This document shows positions 17,197 to 27,176 of a stretch of 64,000 bases of DNA, in pieces. The notes beneath the pieces are model-generated. The model did no database searches and was not told the origin of the DNA. It saw nothing but the letters and a program-made list of their open reading frames with translations. Each line of letters opens with the position of its first letter. The stretch's first letter is position 1. The stretch is from assembly GCA_963715585.1 (NCBI GenBank), contig OY970254.1, positions 4,039,227-4,103,226 on the forward strand, in the 5' to 3' direction. Both the position numbers and the translations under genes were made by a program. Source of the stretch: an uncultured Chitinophagaceae bacterium. Its GTDB lineage: Bacteria; Bacteroidota; Bacteroidia; Chitinophagales; Chitinophagaceae.

Positions 17197-17973
17197 ATGC
17201 CATCTATATTATTTGAAATAAAAAATGCGGTTGCATATATCACTTTAAACCGCCCCGAAAAATTCAATTCTTTTAACCGGGAGATGGCCCTGCTGATGCA
17301 GGCAAAACTGGATGAAGCAGCATCGCTGCATGAAGTACGTGCAGTTTACATTACCGGTGCTGGCAAAGCTTTTTGTGCAGGTCAGGATATTTCGGAACTG
17401 GTAGGAGATAATAAAATTGAAATTGCTCAAATTCTTTCGGAGCATTATAACCCCATTGTAAAAAGAATACGAAATATGCCAAAGCCGGTGATAGCAGCTG
17501 TTAACGGTGTTGCTGCCGGCGCTGGCGCTAATATTGCTTTGTGTTGTGATGTGGTTGTGGCCACAGCCTCTGCATCATTTATACAGGCATTCAGCAAAAT
17601 TGGTTTAATACCTGATAGTGGAGGAACCTTTACACTACCACGTTTAATTGGCTGGCAAAAAGCAAGCGCTTTAATGATGACCGGCGATAAAGTTCCGGCA
17701 ACCGATGCAGAAAAAATGGGCATGATCTATAAAGTTTTTGCTGATGAAACATTTGAAGAAGAAAGTAAAAAGATTGCGCAAACACTGGCACAAATGCCAA
17801 CCAAAGGTTTGGCTTATACCAAGCATGCTTTAAACCAGTCTTTTGTAAGTACCTGGGAAGAACAGTTATCGATTGAAGATAAATACCAGCAGAAAGCAGC
17901 TACTACTGAAGATTATGCCGAAGGGATCAATTCGTTTTTAAAAAAAAGAAGTCCGGTATTTAAAGGAAAATAA
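17197..17973 (+). CDS. paaG: Enoyl-CoA hydratase/isomerase family protein, PaaG-like
   Basis: 258 aa. Crotonase fold motifs (FCAGQDI, AAVNGVAAGAGANIAL). Followed by paaI. Confidence 0.8.
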   Translation: MPSILFEIKNAVAYITLNRPEKFNSFNREMALLMQAKLDEAASLHEVRAVYITGAGKAFCAGQDISELVGDNKIEIAQILSEHYNPIVKRIRNMPKPVIAAVNGVAAGAGANIALCCDVVVATASASFIQAFSKIGLIPDSGGTFTLPRLIGWQKASALMMTGDKVPATDAEKMGMIYKVFADETFEEESKKIAQTLAQMPTKGLAYTKHALNQSFVSTWEEQLSIEDKYQQKAATTEDYAEGINSFLKKRSPVFKGK

Positions 17974-17997
17974 TTTAATCACCATAAATTAATAACC

Positions 17998-18408
17998 ATG
18001 CCAACATCACAAGAAGTTGTTAGCCATATGATGGAACATGATCTGTTTAGTCAGTGGCTTGGAATTGAAGTATTAGAAATCAGAGACGGTTACAGCAAAA
18101 TAAAGATGACCGTTCGTGAAGAAATGATCAATGGCTTTGGTATTGTACACGGCGGTATCGCTTTCTCTTTATCTGACAGTGCTTTTGCGTTTGCCTGCAA
18201 CAACCGCAATAATTTATCTGTTGCATTAGATACATCCATCAATTTTACAAAGCCTGTACATGTGGGTGATGTGTTGACTGCCGAAGCAAAAGAATTACAC
18301 AACGGAAAATCTACCGGGCTTTATCACATCACAGTTACAAACCAGAGAGATCATATTGTTGCACTCTTTAAAGGAACCTGTTTCCGCACAAACAAAACAC
18401 TTGTATGA
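17998..18408 (+). CDS. paaI: Hydroxyphenylacetyl-CoA thioesterase (hotdog fold)
   Basis: 136 aa. GIVHGGIAFSLSDSAFAFAC is the PaaI-type motif. Confidence 0.85.
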   Translation: MPTSQEVVSHMMEHDLFSQWLGIEVLEIRDGYSKIKMTVREEMINGFGIVHGGIAFSLSDSAFAFACNNRNNLSVALDTSINFTKPVHVGDVLTAEAKELHNGKSTGLYHITVTNQRDHIVALFKGTCFRTNKTLV

Positions 18409-18995
18409 TCTACGAATTCCAGGGATATAAACCAGTCATACATGAATCATCATTCATTCACCCACAGGCGGCTGTAACCGGCAATGTAATTATTGGCAAA
18501 GATTGCTACATTGGCCCTGGTGCAGCCTTACGTGGCGATTGGGGACAGATCGTTATTGAAGACGGTTGCAATGTGCAGGAGAATTGTACCATTCATATGT
18601 TTCCCGGTGTAACCGTTATTTTAAAAGCAGGTGCACATATTGGTCATGGCGCCATTATACACGGTGCAACCATTGGTAAAAATTGTTTGGTAGGCATGAA
18701 TGCAGTTATCATGGATAATGTACTGCTGGGTGATGAATGTATTGTGGGTGCTTTAAGTTTTATAAAAGCTGACGAAGTTTTTGAAAACAGAAGTTTGATA
18801 GTTGGCAACCCGGCAAAAAAAATAAAAGATGTAACCGATGAAATAATCAGCTGGAAAACTGAGGGCACTAAACTGTATCAGCAATTACCAAAAGATATGT
18901 TTGCAAGTTGGGCTGCATGTGAGCCATTAAGAACAGTTCCGGAAAACAGGCAGCCGCAATCGGCCAATTATAAAACCTGGAACGAAAACAAATAA
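18405..18995 (+). CDS. Left-handed beta-helix (hexapeptide) protein, PaaY/gamma-carbonic-anhydrase-like
   Basis: 196 aa with hexapeptide repeats. 4-nt overlap with paaI. Confidence 0.75.
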   Translation: MIYEFQGYKPVIHESSFIHPQAAVTGNVIIGKDCYIGPGAALRGDWGQIVIEDGCNVQENCTIHMFPGVTVILKAGAHIGHGAIIHGATIGKNCLVGMNAVIMDNVLLGDECIVGALSFIKADEVFENRSLIVGNPAKKIKDVTDEIISWKTEGTKLYQQLPKDMFASWAACEPLRTVPENRQPQSANYKTWNENK

Positions 18996-19421
18996 TTACT
19001 TAGGTATTCCCCACACTAATTTTTCACTTTTAGCTTCTTCAAAAAAGTCTGGTATTTTACCATCGCCTTTACCGGTAAAGCCTCCATCGGGTGCGCCCAG
19101 GTAATTACATTTATCGTCGTAAACTTCATTAAAAAAATCGCAGCAGGGTAATACAACATAATAAACTTTTTTTCCTTTGTACATATATTCAAGAACCCGC
19201 TGCGGCCTTTCATGTGCTTCTTTCAGTTTAAAAGAATCAATTTTGTTTTTAATACAGGTTGGCATTACAACATTCCCTGCTTCCGGAATAATTGCCGAAT
19301 CCCGCTGATTCATAACTGCAGGCTCTTCAACGATTGCTGAATCTGTTTTGGCAGATTGGTTGGTCTTTGTTGAACCGCAGCTCAACATAATTGTAAGGGG
19401 TATTAAAATAAACCTGATCAT
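18996..19421 (-). CDS. Hypothetical lipoprotein
   Basis: 141 aa. Lipobox (IMLSC). Confidence 0.5.
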   Translation of the reverse strand: MIRFILIPLTIMLSCGSTKTNQSAKTDSAIVEEPAVMNQRDSAIIPEAGNVVMPTCIKNKIDSFKLKEAHERPQRVLEYMYKGKKVYYVVLPCCDFFNEVYDDKCNYLGAPDGGFTGKGDGKIPDFFEEAKSEKLVWGIPK

Positions 19422-19543
19422 CTTTTAAATTTTATAGTAACTGATGCAAATGTAAGATGATTTAAAAGTTAATTTACATACATAAAGCTAAAAACAAGTT
19501 AACAGGCTTTAATCCTTAAATTTTACAGACCTTTGCGCCAATA

Positions 19544-20548
19544 ATGGAAAAATCAAATTTTGTAGATCAGATCAAGATATTTTGCCGCAGCGGCCATGGT
19601 GGCGCCGGCAGCAAGCATTTTATGCGTAATAAATTAACGGCCATGGGCGGCCCAGATGGCGGTGATGGCGGCCGTGGCGCACACATCATTTTAAAAGGCA
19701 ACACACAGTTGTGGACTCTTTTACATCTTCGCTATTATAAAAATGTTTTAGCCGAAGATGGCGAAAACGGAAGCAAAAACAACTCAAGCGGTAAAACCGG
19801 AAAAGATATAATTATTGAAGTGCCGCTGGGTACCATTGCACGCAATGAAGAAACCGGCGAAATAGAAGCCGAGATCTTAGAAGACGGGCAGGAAATTATT
19901 TTAGTAAAAGGCGGCCGTGGTGGCCTGGGCAACAGTAATTTTAAAACAGCTACCAACCAAACACCCGAATACGCACAACCCGGCGAAGCAGGTTCAGAAG
20001 GTATTAAAGTTTTAGAGCTGAAGGTGCTGGCCGATGTTGGTTTGGTGGGTTTTCCCAATGCAGGAAAATCAACTTTACTAAGCAGCATTACGGCAGCCAA
20101 ACCAAAAATTGCCGACTATGCTTTTACCACTTTAGTACCTCAACTGGGCATGGTTGAATACCGTGATGGAAAAAGTTTTTGCATTGCCGATCTGCCCGGT
20201 ATTATTGAAGGAGCCGCCGAAGGAAAAGGCCTTGGGCACCGGTTTTTACGCCATATTGAGCGTAATTCAATTTTACTTTTTTTAATACCTGCCGATAGTA
20301 AAGATCACAAAGAAGAGTTTGAAATTTTGCACAATGAACTGGAGCAGTACAATCCCGAAATGCTTCAAAAAGATTTTGTCATCGCTATCAGCAAAAGCGA
20401 CATGCTGGATGACGAATTAAAAGCAGCTATTGAAAAAGAACTGCCGAAAAAAATCCCGCATATTTTTATTTCTTCGGTAACCGGCCAGGGGCTATCTGAA
20501 TTAAAAGATTTACTTTGGAGTACACTAAACAATCCGGATAAAGTTTAA
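19544..20548 (+). CDS. obg: GTPase Obg/CgtA
   Basis: 334 aa. Gly-rich Obg fold ([15 protein letters not shown]) and G1 motif GFPNAGKST. Confidence 0.95.
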   Translation: MEKSNFVDQIKIFCRSGHGGAGSKHFMRNKLTAMGGPDGGDGGRGAHIILKGNTQLWTLLHLRYYKNVLAEDGENGSKNNSSGKTGKDIIIEVPLGTIARNEETGEIEAEILEDGQEIILVKGGRGGLGNSNFKTATNQTPEYAQPGEAGSEGIKVLELKVLADVGLVGFPNAGKSTLLSSITAAKPKIADYAFTTLVPQLGMVEYRDGKSFCIADLPGIIEGAAEGKGLGHRFLRHIERNSILLFLIPADSKDHKEEFEILHNELEQYNPEMLQKDFVIAISKSDMLDDELKAAIEKELPKKIPHIFISSVTGQGLSELKDLLWSTLNNPDKV

Positions 20549-20553
20549 TTTAC

Positions 20554-21483
20554 TTGTCAGCCATTTTTAAATACCTGCAGGAATTCTATCACAAAGAATT
20601 TAAGCTGTCTTATTTTTTGGTTGTTTTATTGCTGCTGGGTGTTTACATCTATTTAAATTACTGGCATAGGCTGGAAATACGTTTTGCTGCAGGCGGTAAC
20701 ACCAAATGGAGCAAATTTTTTGGATATTATCTTTTATATCTTATTCCTTTTGTCACAGCTTTTTTTCTGCAATTGCTTTTTTATAAGGATTGTGATTACT
20801 ACCGAAACTATTGGTTCTGGGTAATCCTTTTGCTTGCACCTGCTTTTTATTCCTTCAGAATTAATTTTGATTTTCATCACCAGCTTATTAAAAACGTCTG
20901 GACCGGCGATGCACAAATATTCTGGACACGTTGTTTAAATTGGGTGGTAAGAGTATTTGCTGTGTTGATTCCCGTATTTATTCTTTGGTGGATAAAAGAC
21001 AGGAATAATCAGCCTTTTTACGGCACTGCTGCTTTAAAAGATGTTAAGCCTTACCTGCTCATGCTGCTCATTATGATACCGCTGATTGCACTGGCAAGCA
21101 CACAAAAAGATTTTTTACAAATGTATCCCAAGGCCAGGTTTATTGAGCAGCTGGATCTGCCCACCAAAAAATGGCACTATATTTTTTACGAGCTCTGTTA
21201 TGGATTTGATTTTGTGAGTATCGAATTTTTCTTTCGGGGGTTTTTAATTTTATCACTGCTGAAAATCTGCGGCCCACACTGCATTGTGCCCGTGGCCTGT
21301 TTTTATTGTACCATTCATTTTGGCAAACCACTTGGCGAAGCCATCAGCAGTTTCTGGGGCGGTTTACTGTTGGGCATAATCAGTTACAATACGCAAAGTA
21401 TTTGGGGCGGTTTAATCGTACATTTGGGTATAGCCTGGTTAATGGAAGCCGGCAGCTGGCTTGGTTTACTGTATAAAAAATAA
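20554..21483 (+). CDS. CPBP-family intramembrane metalloprotease (CAAX/Abi-like)
   Basis: 309 aa, polytopic. EFFFRG motif and a distal H-containing helix. TTG start as given in the ORF track. Confidence 0.7.
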   Translation: MSAIFKYLQEFYHKEFKLSYFLVVLLLLGVYIYLNYWHRLEIRFAAGGNTKWSKFFGYYLLYLIPFVTAFFLQLLFYKDCDYYRNYWFWVILLLAPAFYSFRINFDFHHQLIKNVWTGDAQIFWTRCLNWVVRVFAVLIPVFILWWIKDRNNQPFYGTAALKDVKPYLLMLLIMIPLIALASTQKDFLQMYPKARFIEQLDLPTKKWHYIFYELCYGFDFVSIEFFFRGFLILSLLKICGPHCIVPVACFYCTIHFGKPLGEAISSFWGGLLLGIISYNTQSIWGGLIVHLGIAWLMEAGSWLGLLYKK

Positions 21484-21486
21484 CCC

Positions 21487-21678
21487 ATGGAAGTGAATTG
21501 TCTTTTTTGCGGCAGCAATATTCATCTGGTTTTTGTGCATGGCCATTATCAATGCCCGGTATGCAAAACCAATGCCCTCCCCTGTTGCGATGGAGATAAT
21601 TGCGACAATATTTTCTTATCCAATAATCTTACCAAAAGCATACAAGAAAATAACACAGAAAATTTTTCGGAACAATAG
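21487..21678 (+). CDS. Small Cys-rich zinc-ribbon-like protein
   Basis: 63 aa. CLFC...CPVC plus CCDGDNC. Lies 3 nt after the CPBP stop. Short, so uncertain. Confidence 0.35.
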   Translation: MEVNCLFCGSNIHLVFVHGHYQCPVCKTNALPCCDGDNCDNIFLSNNLTKSIQENNTENFSEQ

Positions 21679-21797
21679 CTGGCAATTACAGCAGGCAGCA
21701 TACAAACGTATAAAAGAATCATCAGCTGGTATTACATTATAATTGTTAAGGGGTTTTACTATTGCATTTGTAAACTTCCCGGATTATTTTTAGCCAA

Positions 21798-22331
21798 ATG
21801 AAAAAACTTTTCGAAATATCATTATTGTTTTTTTTATGCATCACGCTCTGTTCCTGCCCGTACAGTTCGGCTTATTATTTAGATGAAACATCCGGCATGA
21901 ATGTAGAAGATGCATTGCTGGGGAAATGGACAACACTTATGAAGAAACCCGGCAGTTCCCGTGAAGAAGAAATTTATCTTTCCCTTTCTAAAAGAACAGA
22001 AACCCAATACAATATTTCAATTACCGGTAACCTGGATGAGTTGCGCCCATATCGTGTTTTAATTTCGGACTCTTTAACCGGTACTGCTTTTATGAGCCTT
22101 GTTGACGACCGTCGTTTTTTTAATATCAATATTAACTCCAGGGTTTATATTGCAGAACTGCTATTAAAAGATGATAAACTTTCGCTGCTGCCACTGGCAG
22201 AAAGTTTTACGGCCAAAATGATATTAAATAGTGCAGCGCTGCGCAAATCGGTTGAAGTACATTACAAAACCCGTGTACACCCCCTGTTGGATGATGATTT
22301 TTGTTTACGCAACATGGTTAAACTAAATTAG
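21798..22331 (+). CDS. Hypothetical lipoprotein
   Basis: 177 aa. Lipobox (ITLCSC). Confidence 0.5.
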   Translation: MKKLFEISLLFFLCITLCSCPYSSAYYLDETSGMNVEDALLGKWTTLMKKPGSSREEEIYLSLSKRTETQYNISITGNLDELRPYRVLISDSLTGTAFMSLVDDRRFFNININSRVYIAELLLKDDKLSLLPLAESFTAKMILNSAALRKSVEVHYKTRVHPLLDDDFCLRNMVKLN

Positions 22332-22411
22332 GCCTGTTTTTTTAGTTGCGTTTGAAACAGTTGCAAATCATATCTTATTTTGTAAATTGCCTGTTCTAAA
22401 TTTACGATTGC

Positions 22412-23461
22412 ATGCAACGAAGCAAAATTGCCGGTATTGGCTACTATGTTCCCAAGAATGTTTTTACCAACGAAGATTTGAAAAAGTATATGGATACATC
22501 TGATGAATGGATCCAGGAACGTACGGGTATAAAAGAAAGGCGCTATGCCGACCGCACCGGCGAAACCACTACCACCATGGGTGTTGAGGCTGCTAAAATT
22601 GCAATAGAAAGAGCTGGTATAACCCCGCTAGATATTGACTTTATTGTTTTTGCCACACTTAGTCCCGATTATTATTTTCCCGGCTGCGGTGTTTTATTAC
22701 AGCGTGCCATGAAAATGAAAGAGATCGGTGCTTTGGATGTTCGCAACCAATGCAGTGGTTTTGTGTATGCTCTATCTGTTGCCGATCAGTTTATTAAAAC
22801 CGGCATGTATAAAAATATTTTAGTGGTGGGTGCCGAAAAACATTCTTTTGGTCTTGACTTTACCACCCGTGGAAGAAATATCAGCGTAATTTTTGGTGAT
22901 GGTGCAGGTGCTGTTGTGTTGCAACCAACCCAAAAAGATGGGCAAGGAATCCTGAGCACCCATTTACACAGCGATGGCGATAGTGCAGAGATACTCGCCA
23001 TGTACAATCCCGGCACACATGCCAATCATTGGGTAACCGATCCGGTAGCAAAATTTGATGAGGCAGAAATGGGGCAAATGTTTATGAGCCATGCTATGAT
23101 TGATGAAGCACAAAATTTTCCGAACATGGATGGTCCATCTGTTTTTAAAAAAGCCATTGTTAAAATGCCCGAAGTTGTGCAGGAAGCATTAACTGCAAAC
23201 GGATTAACAGCTGCCGATATTAATATGCTGATACCGCACCAGGCCAATTTGCGCATTGCACAGTTTGTGCAGCAAAAATTACAGCTGAGAGATGATCAGG
23301 TGCACAATAATATTCAGAAATTTGGCAACACTACTGCGGCATCTGTGCCCATCGCACTTTGCGAAGCCTGGGAGCAGGGAAAAATAAAAGAAGGAGATCT
23401 TGTTTGCCTGGCTGCATTTGGCAGTGGCTTTACATGGGCCGGCGCTTTGATACGCTGGTAA
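22412..23461 (+). CDS. fabH: 3-oxoacyl-ACP synthase III
   Basis: 349 aa. Active-site NQCSGF, HQAN and GNT motifs. Confidence 0.9.
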   Translation: MQRSKIAGIGYYVPKNVFTNEDLKKYMDTSDEWIQERTGIKERRYADRTGETTTTMGVEAAKIAIERAGITPLDIDFIVFATLSPDYYFPGCGVLLQRAMKMKEIGALDVRNQCSGFVYALSVADQFIKTGMYKNILVVGAEKHSFGLDFTTRGRNISVIFGDGAGAVVLQPTQKDGQGILSTHLHSDGDSAEILAMYNPGTHANHWVTDPVAKFDEAEMGQMFMSHAMIDEAQNFPNMDGPSVFKKAIVKMPEVVQEALTANGLTAADINMLIPHQANLRIAQFVQQKLQLRDDQVHNNIQKFGNTTAASVPIALCEAWEQGKIKEGDLVCLAAFGSGFTWAGALIRW

Positions 23462-23575
23462 AAGATTCTATAATTAATATTTTATTCATTTGCGGTTACA
23501 AAATTCATTGTTCTTACAATTACGTTATTAATCGTGTGATATTTTAACTAATTTTATAACCTAAACCTTTTCAAC

Positions 23576-24016
23576 ATGAAAAAAGTTTTTTTATTCATCG
23601 TTTTATTTATTTCACTTGGCAGCGTTTCTCTTGCACAATGCACTGTGGATGTTTTTATTAATGGTGTTAAAGCTGGTCAGATTTCCCTTAAAGCCGATCA
23701 GGCATTTGGTGGACTCTCTTATAAAAAATCTACTTATAAAAATATTGACAAACTAACTATTCAGATACAGGGTAAATCAGTTGATGGCGGGTATTACAGA
23801 AAAGTGCATGTTATAGGTGATGATGTTACTCCTATGCTGATTGCCGATGAAACTGTTGGTGTGGTTGGTCAATTTGTTCTTACCAATAAAGACATTATAA
23901 AAAGATTAAAGAACGGCAAGCCAATTACTATGTATGTAGAAAAAACGCCTGCCAATACAAAAAGCAAAGAAGCCGTATCAAAAGTTTATTTAGGTACGCT
24001 TACCAGGGAGAAATAA
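23576..24016 (+). CDS. Hypothetical secreted protein
   Basis: 146 aa with a signal peptide. Confidence 0.5.
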   Translation: MKKVFLFIVLFISLGSVSLAQCTVDVFINGVKAGQISLKADQAFGGLSYKKSTYKNIDKLTIQIQGKSVDGGYYRKVHVIGDDVTPMLIADETVGVVGQFVLTNKDIIKRLKNGKPITMYVEKTPANTKSKEAVSKVYLGTLTREK

Positions 24017-24019
24017 TTC

Positions 24020-24922
24020 ATGCATAAAAAATTCATTTATTTTATAAACCCCATTTCCGGCACGGGGTCTAAGGGTTTATTGCTTGATATCATTAAAAAC
24101 AAGACTGTCGAAAAAAATATTCCTTTCGAAATTCTGCATACCAATGCCGAAGGAGATTACAGTTTCCTGAAAGAAAAGATTGCAGCAGAAAACATAACCG
24201 ATGTTATTGTTTGCGGCGGCGATGGTACTGTAAACCAGATTGCCAATGCATTATTGGGTGTTGCGGTAAACATTGGTATTGTACCCATGGGCAGTGGCAA
24301 TGGCCTTGCCTTTGCAGCAAAAATTCCCCGCAGAATTCACAAGGCACTTGAAAATGCTTTTGCAGGTAATGCTGTTTATGTTGATAGCTTTTACATCAAC
24401 CAGAAATTCAGCTGTATGCTTTGCGGCCTTGGTTTTGATGCGCAGGTTGCTCATGATTTTGCAAAGCAAAAAAAACGGGGACTTGCTACTTATATTAAAC
24501 AATCAACCAAAAACTTCTTTAAAGCCAGGCACTATAATTTTGAAATAATACTGGATGGTAAATCAATAGAAAGCGAAGCTTTTTTTATCAGCATTGCCAA
24601 CAGCAACCAGTTTGGAAATAATTTTACCATTGCACCGCAGGCCAGTCTGCACGATGGTTTGCTGGATATTGTGGTGGTAAATAAGATGAGTAAGTTGCGG
24701 ATGATCTGGACCATTTTAAAGCAGATCCGCAACGGGCAGGTAAGAATGTATGAAGACAAAAAATACCACCGCAACGACATACACTATTTTCAAACAAAAA
24801 AAATAACCATTAAAAATCCGCAGCTGGCACCTTTGCATATTGATGGCGATCCAGCCGAAACTGCTGCAGCATTTGAGATTGAAATAATTGAAAATGCTTT
24901 TAAGTTGCTGATACCTGCGTAA
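24020..24922 (+). CDS. Diacylglycerol/lipid kinase family protein (YegS-like)
   Basis: 300 aa. GGDGT motif. Confidence 0.85.
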   Translation: MHKKFIYFINPISGTGSKGLLLDIIKNKTVEKNIPFEILHTNAEGDYSFLKEKIAAENITDVIVCGGDGTVNQIANALLGVAVNIGIVPMGSGNGLAFAAKIPRRIHKALENAFAGNAVYVDSFYINQKFSCMLCGLGFDAQVAHDFAKQKKRGLATYIKQSTKNFFKARHYNFEIILDGKSIESEAFFISIANSNQFGNNFTIAPQASLHDGLLDIVVVNKMSKLRMIWTILKQIRNGQVRMYEDKKYHRNDIHYFQTKKITIKNPQLAPLHIDGDPAETAAAFEIEIIENAFKLLIPA

Positions 24923-24923
24923 A

Positions 24924-27137
24924 CTATTGCAACAAATCTTTTATACGCATTAAAGAAGCCTGGTTGTATGAACTATTAAAAGATTCCTTCACCGCTTTTT
25001 TCTCCCTGGCCGTTAAATGAAAATTAAGCGCTGCTCCTTTTTCTGTTTCGGGTACATACATAAATGAAATACGTTGCAAAGCCGAATCAAAGCCTGCCTG
25101 CAGGTAACTGTATTGATCGGTCTGCGAAAAATCCTGCATTTTATACCAGTTATGCTGCAGCATGGTTCCGGGTTTTATAAAAAAATCTGTTACAGCGCCG
25201 GTTTCAAGAGGCTCCTGCCAGTTATCCTGGTTTCTGTCACGTATCTGCAGTATGATAACCTTACTGGTATTAGCCTTCAGCCAGTCTTTAAAATTTTCTA
25301 TAAACCTGAGTGAAGTCTCCATTCCGTAATTATCTCTCAGTCCGGCATCCATTACATCAATAACCGGGTTACTGGGCAACCATACATTGGGCAAAACGTA
25401 GGGAAAGGTTGCATTCATCCGCAAAGCGGTAAGCAACCTCATATGCATAGGATCCTGTTTTGCAAACATGGCTGCAAAATCAACTGCATCTAAGCTTGCA
25501 TAAGCATCTCCGGCAAATACCAACGGCTTCATCATAAAACTGATGGGCTGCGTACTCACCATCATTCTCCTGCCATCCCTGTTAATGGTTGAATTAAAAA
25601 TAATCAAAGGAATATCTGCTGATCTTTCTGCATTGCTGTAATCCTTTAATTGCTTGCCAAGTACATTGCCGCTGTTTCTGTTCAGCTTTTGTTCAAATGC
25701 ATAACCCCTGTCTTTTATATATTTAAATTCGCCCACAGTAAATTTTTGTGCAGGAGAAAAAATATCCCTGGCAACCATCGAAGAAAAGAGCGGGTTCAAT
25801 AAATCCTTTGCAATATTATCGGAGTAAACCGGCTTGTATAAATCAGGCAGACTGTCTTTTTGTTGTTGCCAGTATAGCTCACGATAATAAGTGGCCGCCA
25901 GCATACCTCCACTGGCTCCGCTTATCAGCATGGTATGTGGCATCAGTTTTCCGCCGGTTGCACTGTCCAGTTTCTGCAGCGTATTCATTACAAATGTGCC
26001 ACTGCGTAAACCGCCGCCGCTTACATTTATGAAAATCATTACCGGTTTATCCTCGGCCTGTTTGCTTTTCCAGTTGATCAATACCTGCAGCATGTTGGCT
26101 TTGTCTGCGGCTATTTTTTCGGGTGTGCAAAGTTTTTGTAAAGATGATTTATCATAAACCGGTTGTTCTGTTTTATTATTATAGTTTAAGCCATATGCTT
26201 TATTGCGGTTATCAATAATTTCATTTTTGTACAGCACATCGGCAAATAAAATGAATATGATAAAAACCGGTAAGCTCCAGCTTTGCAAAAAGTAAGACAG
26301 CGCCCCGATAACTGCCGTCATGGCTGCAAAGAATATTAAAATACTTGCTGCAGCCGGTGCTTCAAAAAAAGGGCTATCCATGTAAAACCCCACTACAATT
26401 AAAAAAACAAAAGACAGCGCAATGCTTAGGATGCCTGAAAGATGGTGCCGCTTAAAAACCGTATCCAGAAATTCCTGGTTGTAATGCGATATATTTCTCG
26501 GTTTTTTTAACCGCAACCACTCGCCCAGGTATGCACTTACTTTTAAACCCGGTATCTCTATTTCCGGGTTGCCCGAATAATAATTAACATTAAAATGCGC
26601 AGCTTTATCAATGATAGGAGCAATGGTTCTTTGAATTCTTTTTTCGGCACCAAAAAAATAAGCAAATGAAATGACCACCAGCAAAATGATACCACCCAGT
26701 ATTCCTGCAATTACCACAACTATTTCACCGGGGTGCATTAATTCTTTTTTAGAATCAAAGATGATGAGTTTGTAAAAATAGAAGGCAAGGAAAAGTAAAG
26801 GCAATACCGCATTATTAATACAATATTTTAAAAAAGGTTTGCTTGTTGTTGCCAGAAATTTGCAGCGCTTGCTGTGCAGAATGAACGTGGTGATATTCCA
26901 GCTCATAAAAAAAACACCCAGCGCAATACCTACTATAAAGGCACTCAGTGCATTTACATCGCCCAGGTATTCAGGAGAAAAAAACAGTGCATCGGCACCA
27001 TAGTTTTTCATAAAGCCGCTATTGATGGTGCTGCCCAATACATACCAGAATACCAGCAGCATCTGAAACTTTCTGAAATGCAGCATAAAAAGCTGAACAG
27101 GAAAAAAATAGTAAATATTTTTAAGCGTTTGTTTCAT
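24924..27137 (-). CDS. Membrane-anchored patatin-like phospholipase
   Basis: 737 aa. N-terminal multi-TM region, then GGGLRSG oxyanion motif, GASGG nucleophile elbow and DAGLRDN catalytic Asp. Confidence 0.85.
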   Translation of the reverse strand: MKQTLKNIYYFFPVQLFMLHFRKFQMLLVFWYVLGSTINSGFMKNYGADALFFSPEYLGDVNALSAFIVGIALGVFFMSWNITTFILHSKRCKFLATTSKPFLKYCINNAVLPLLFLAFYFYKLIIFDSKKELMHPGEIVVVIAGILGGIILLVVISFAYFFGAEKRIQRTIAPIIDKAAHFNVNYYSGNPEIEIPGLKVSAYLGEWLRLKKPRNISHYNQEFLDTVFKRHHLSGILSIALSFVFLIVVGFYMDSPFFEAPAAASILIFFAAMTAVIGALSYFLQSWSLPVFIIFILFADVLYKNEIIDNRNKAYGLNYNNKTEQPVYDKSSLQKLCTPEKIAADKANMLQVLINWKSKQAEDKPVMIFINVSGGGLRSGTFVMNTLQKLDSATGGKLMPHTMLISGASGGMLAATYYRELYWQQQKDSLPDLYKPVYSDNIAKDLLNPLFSSMVARDIFSPAQKFTVGEFKYIKDRGYAFEQKLNRNSGNVLGKQLKDYSNAERSADIPLIIFNSTINRDGRRMMVSTQPISFMMKPLVFAGDAYASLDAVDFAAMFAKQDPMHMRLLTALRMNATFPYVLPNVWLPSNPVIDVMDAGLRDNYGMETSLRFIENFKDWLKANTSKVIILQIRDRNQDNWQEPLETGAVTDFFIKPGTMLQHNWYKMQDFSQTDQYSYLQAGFDSALQRISFMYVPETEKGAALNFHLTAREKKAVKESFNSSYNQASLMRIKDLLQ

Positions 27138-27176
27138 TGATGCGGCTGTTGCTTAAAATTACAACATAAACAAGCA

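Noticed and set aside
24924-27137. Patatin-like phospholipase as a possible CBASS-type effector
   Set aside because: There is no cyclase/nucleotidyltransferase or other defence partner nearby. The protein has a large polytopic N-terminal domain and a housekeeping lipid-metabolism neighbourhood (lipid kinase, fabH).
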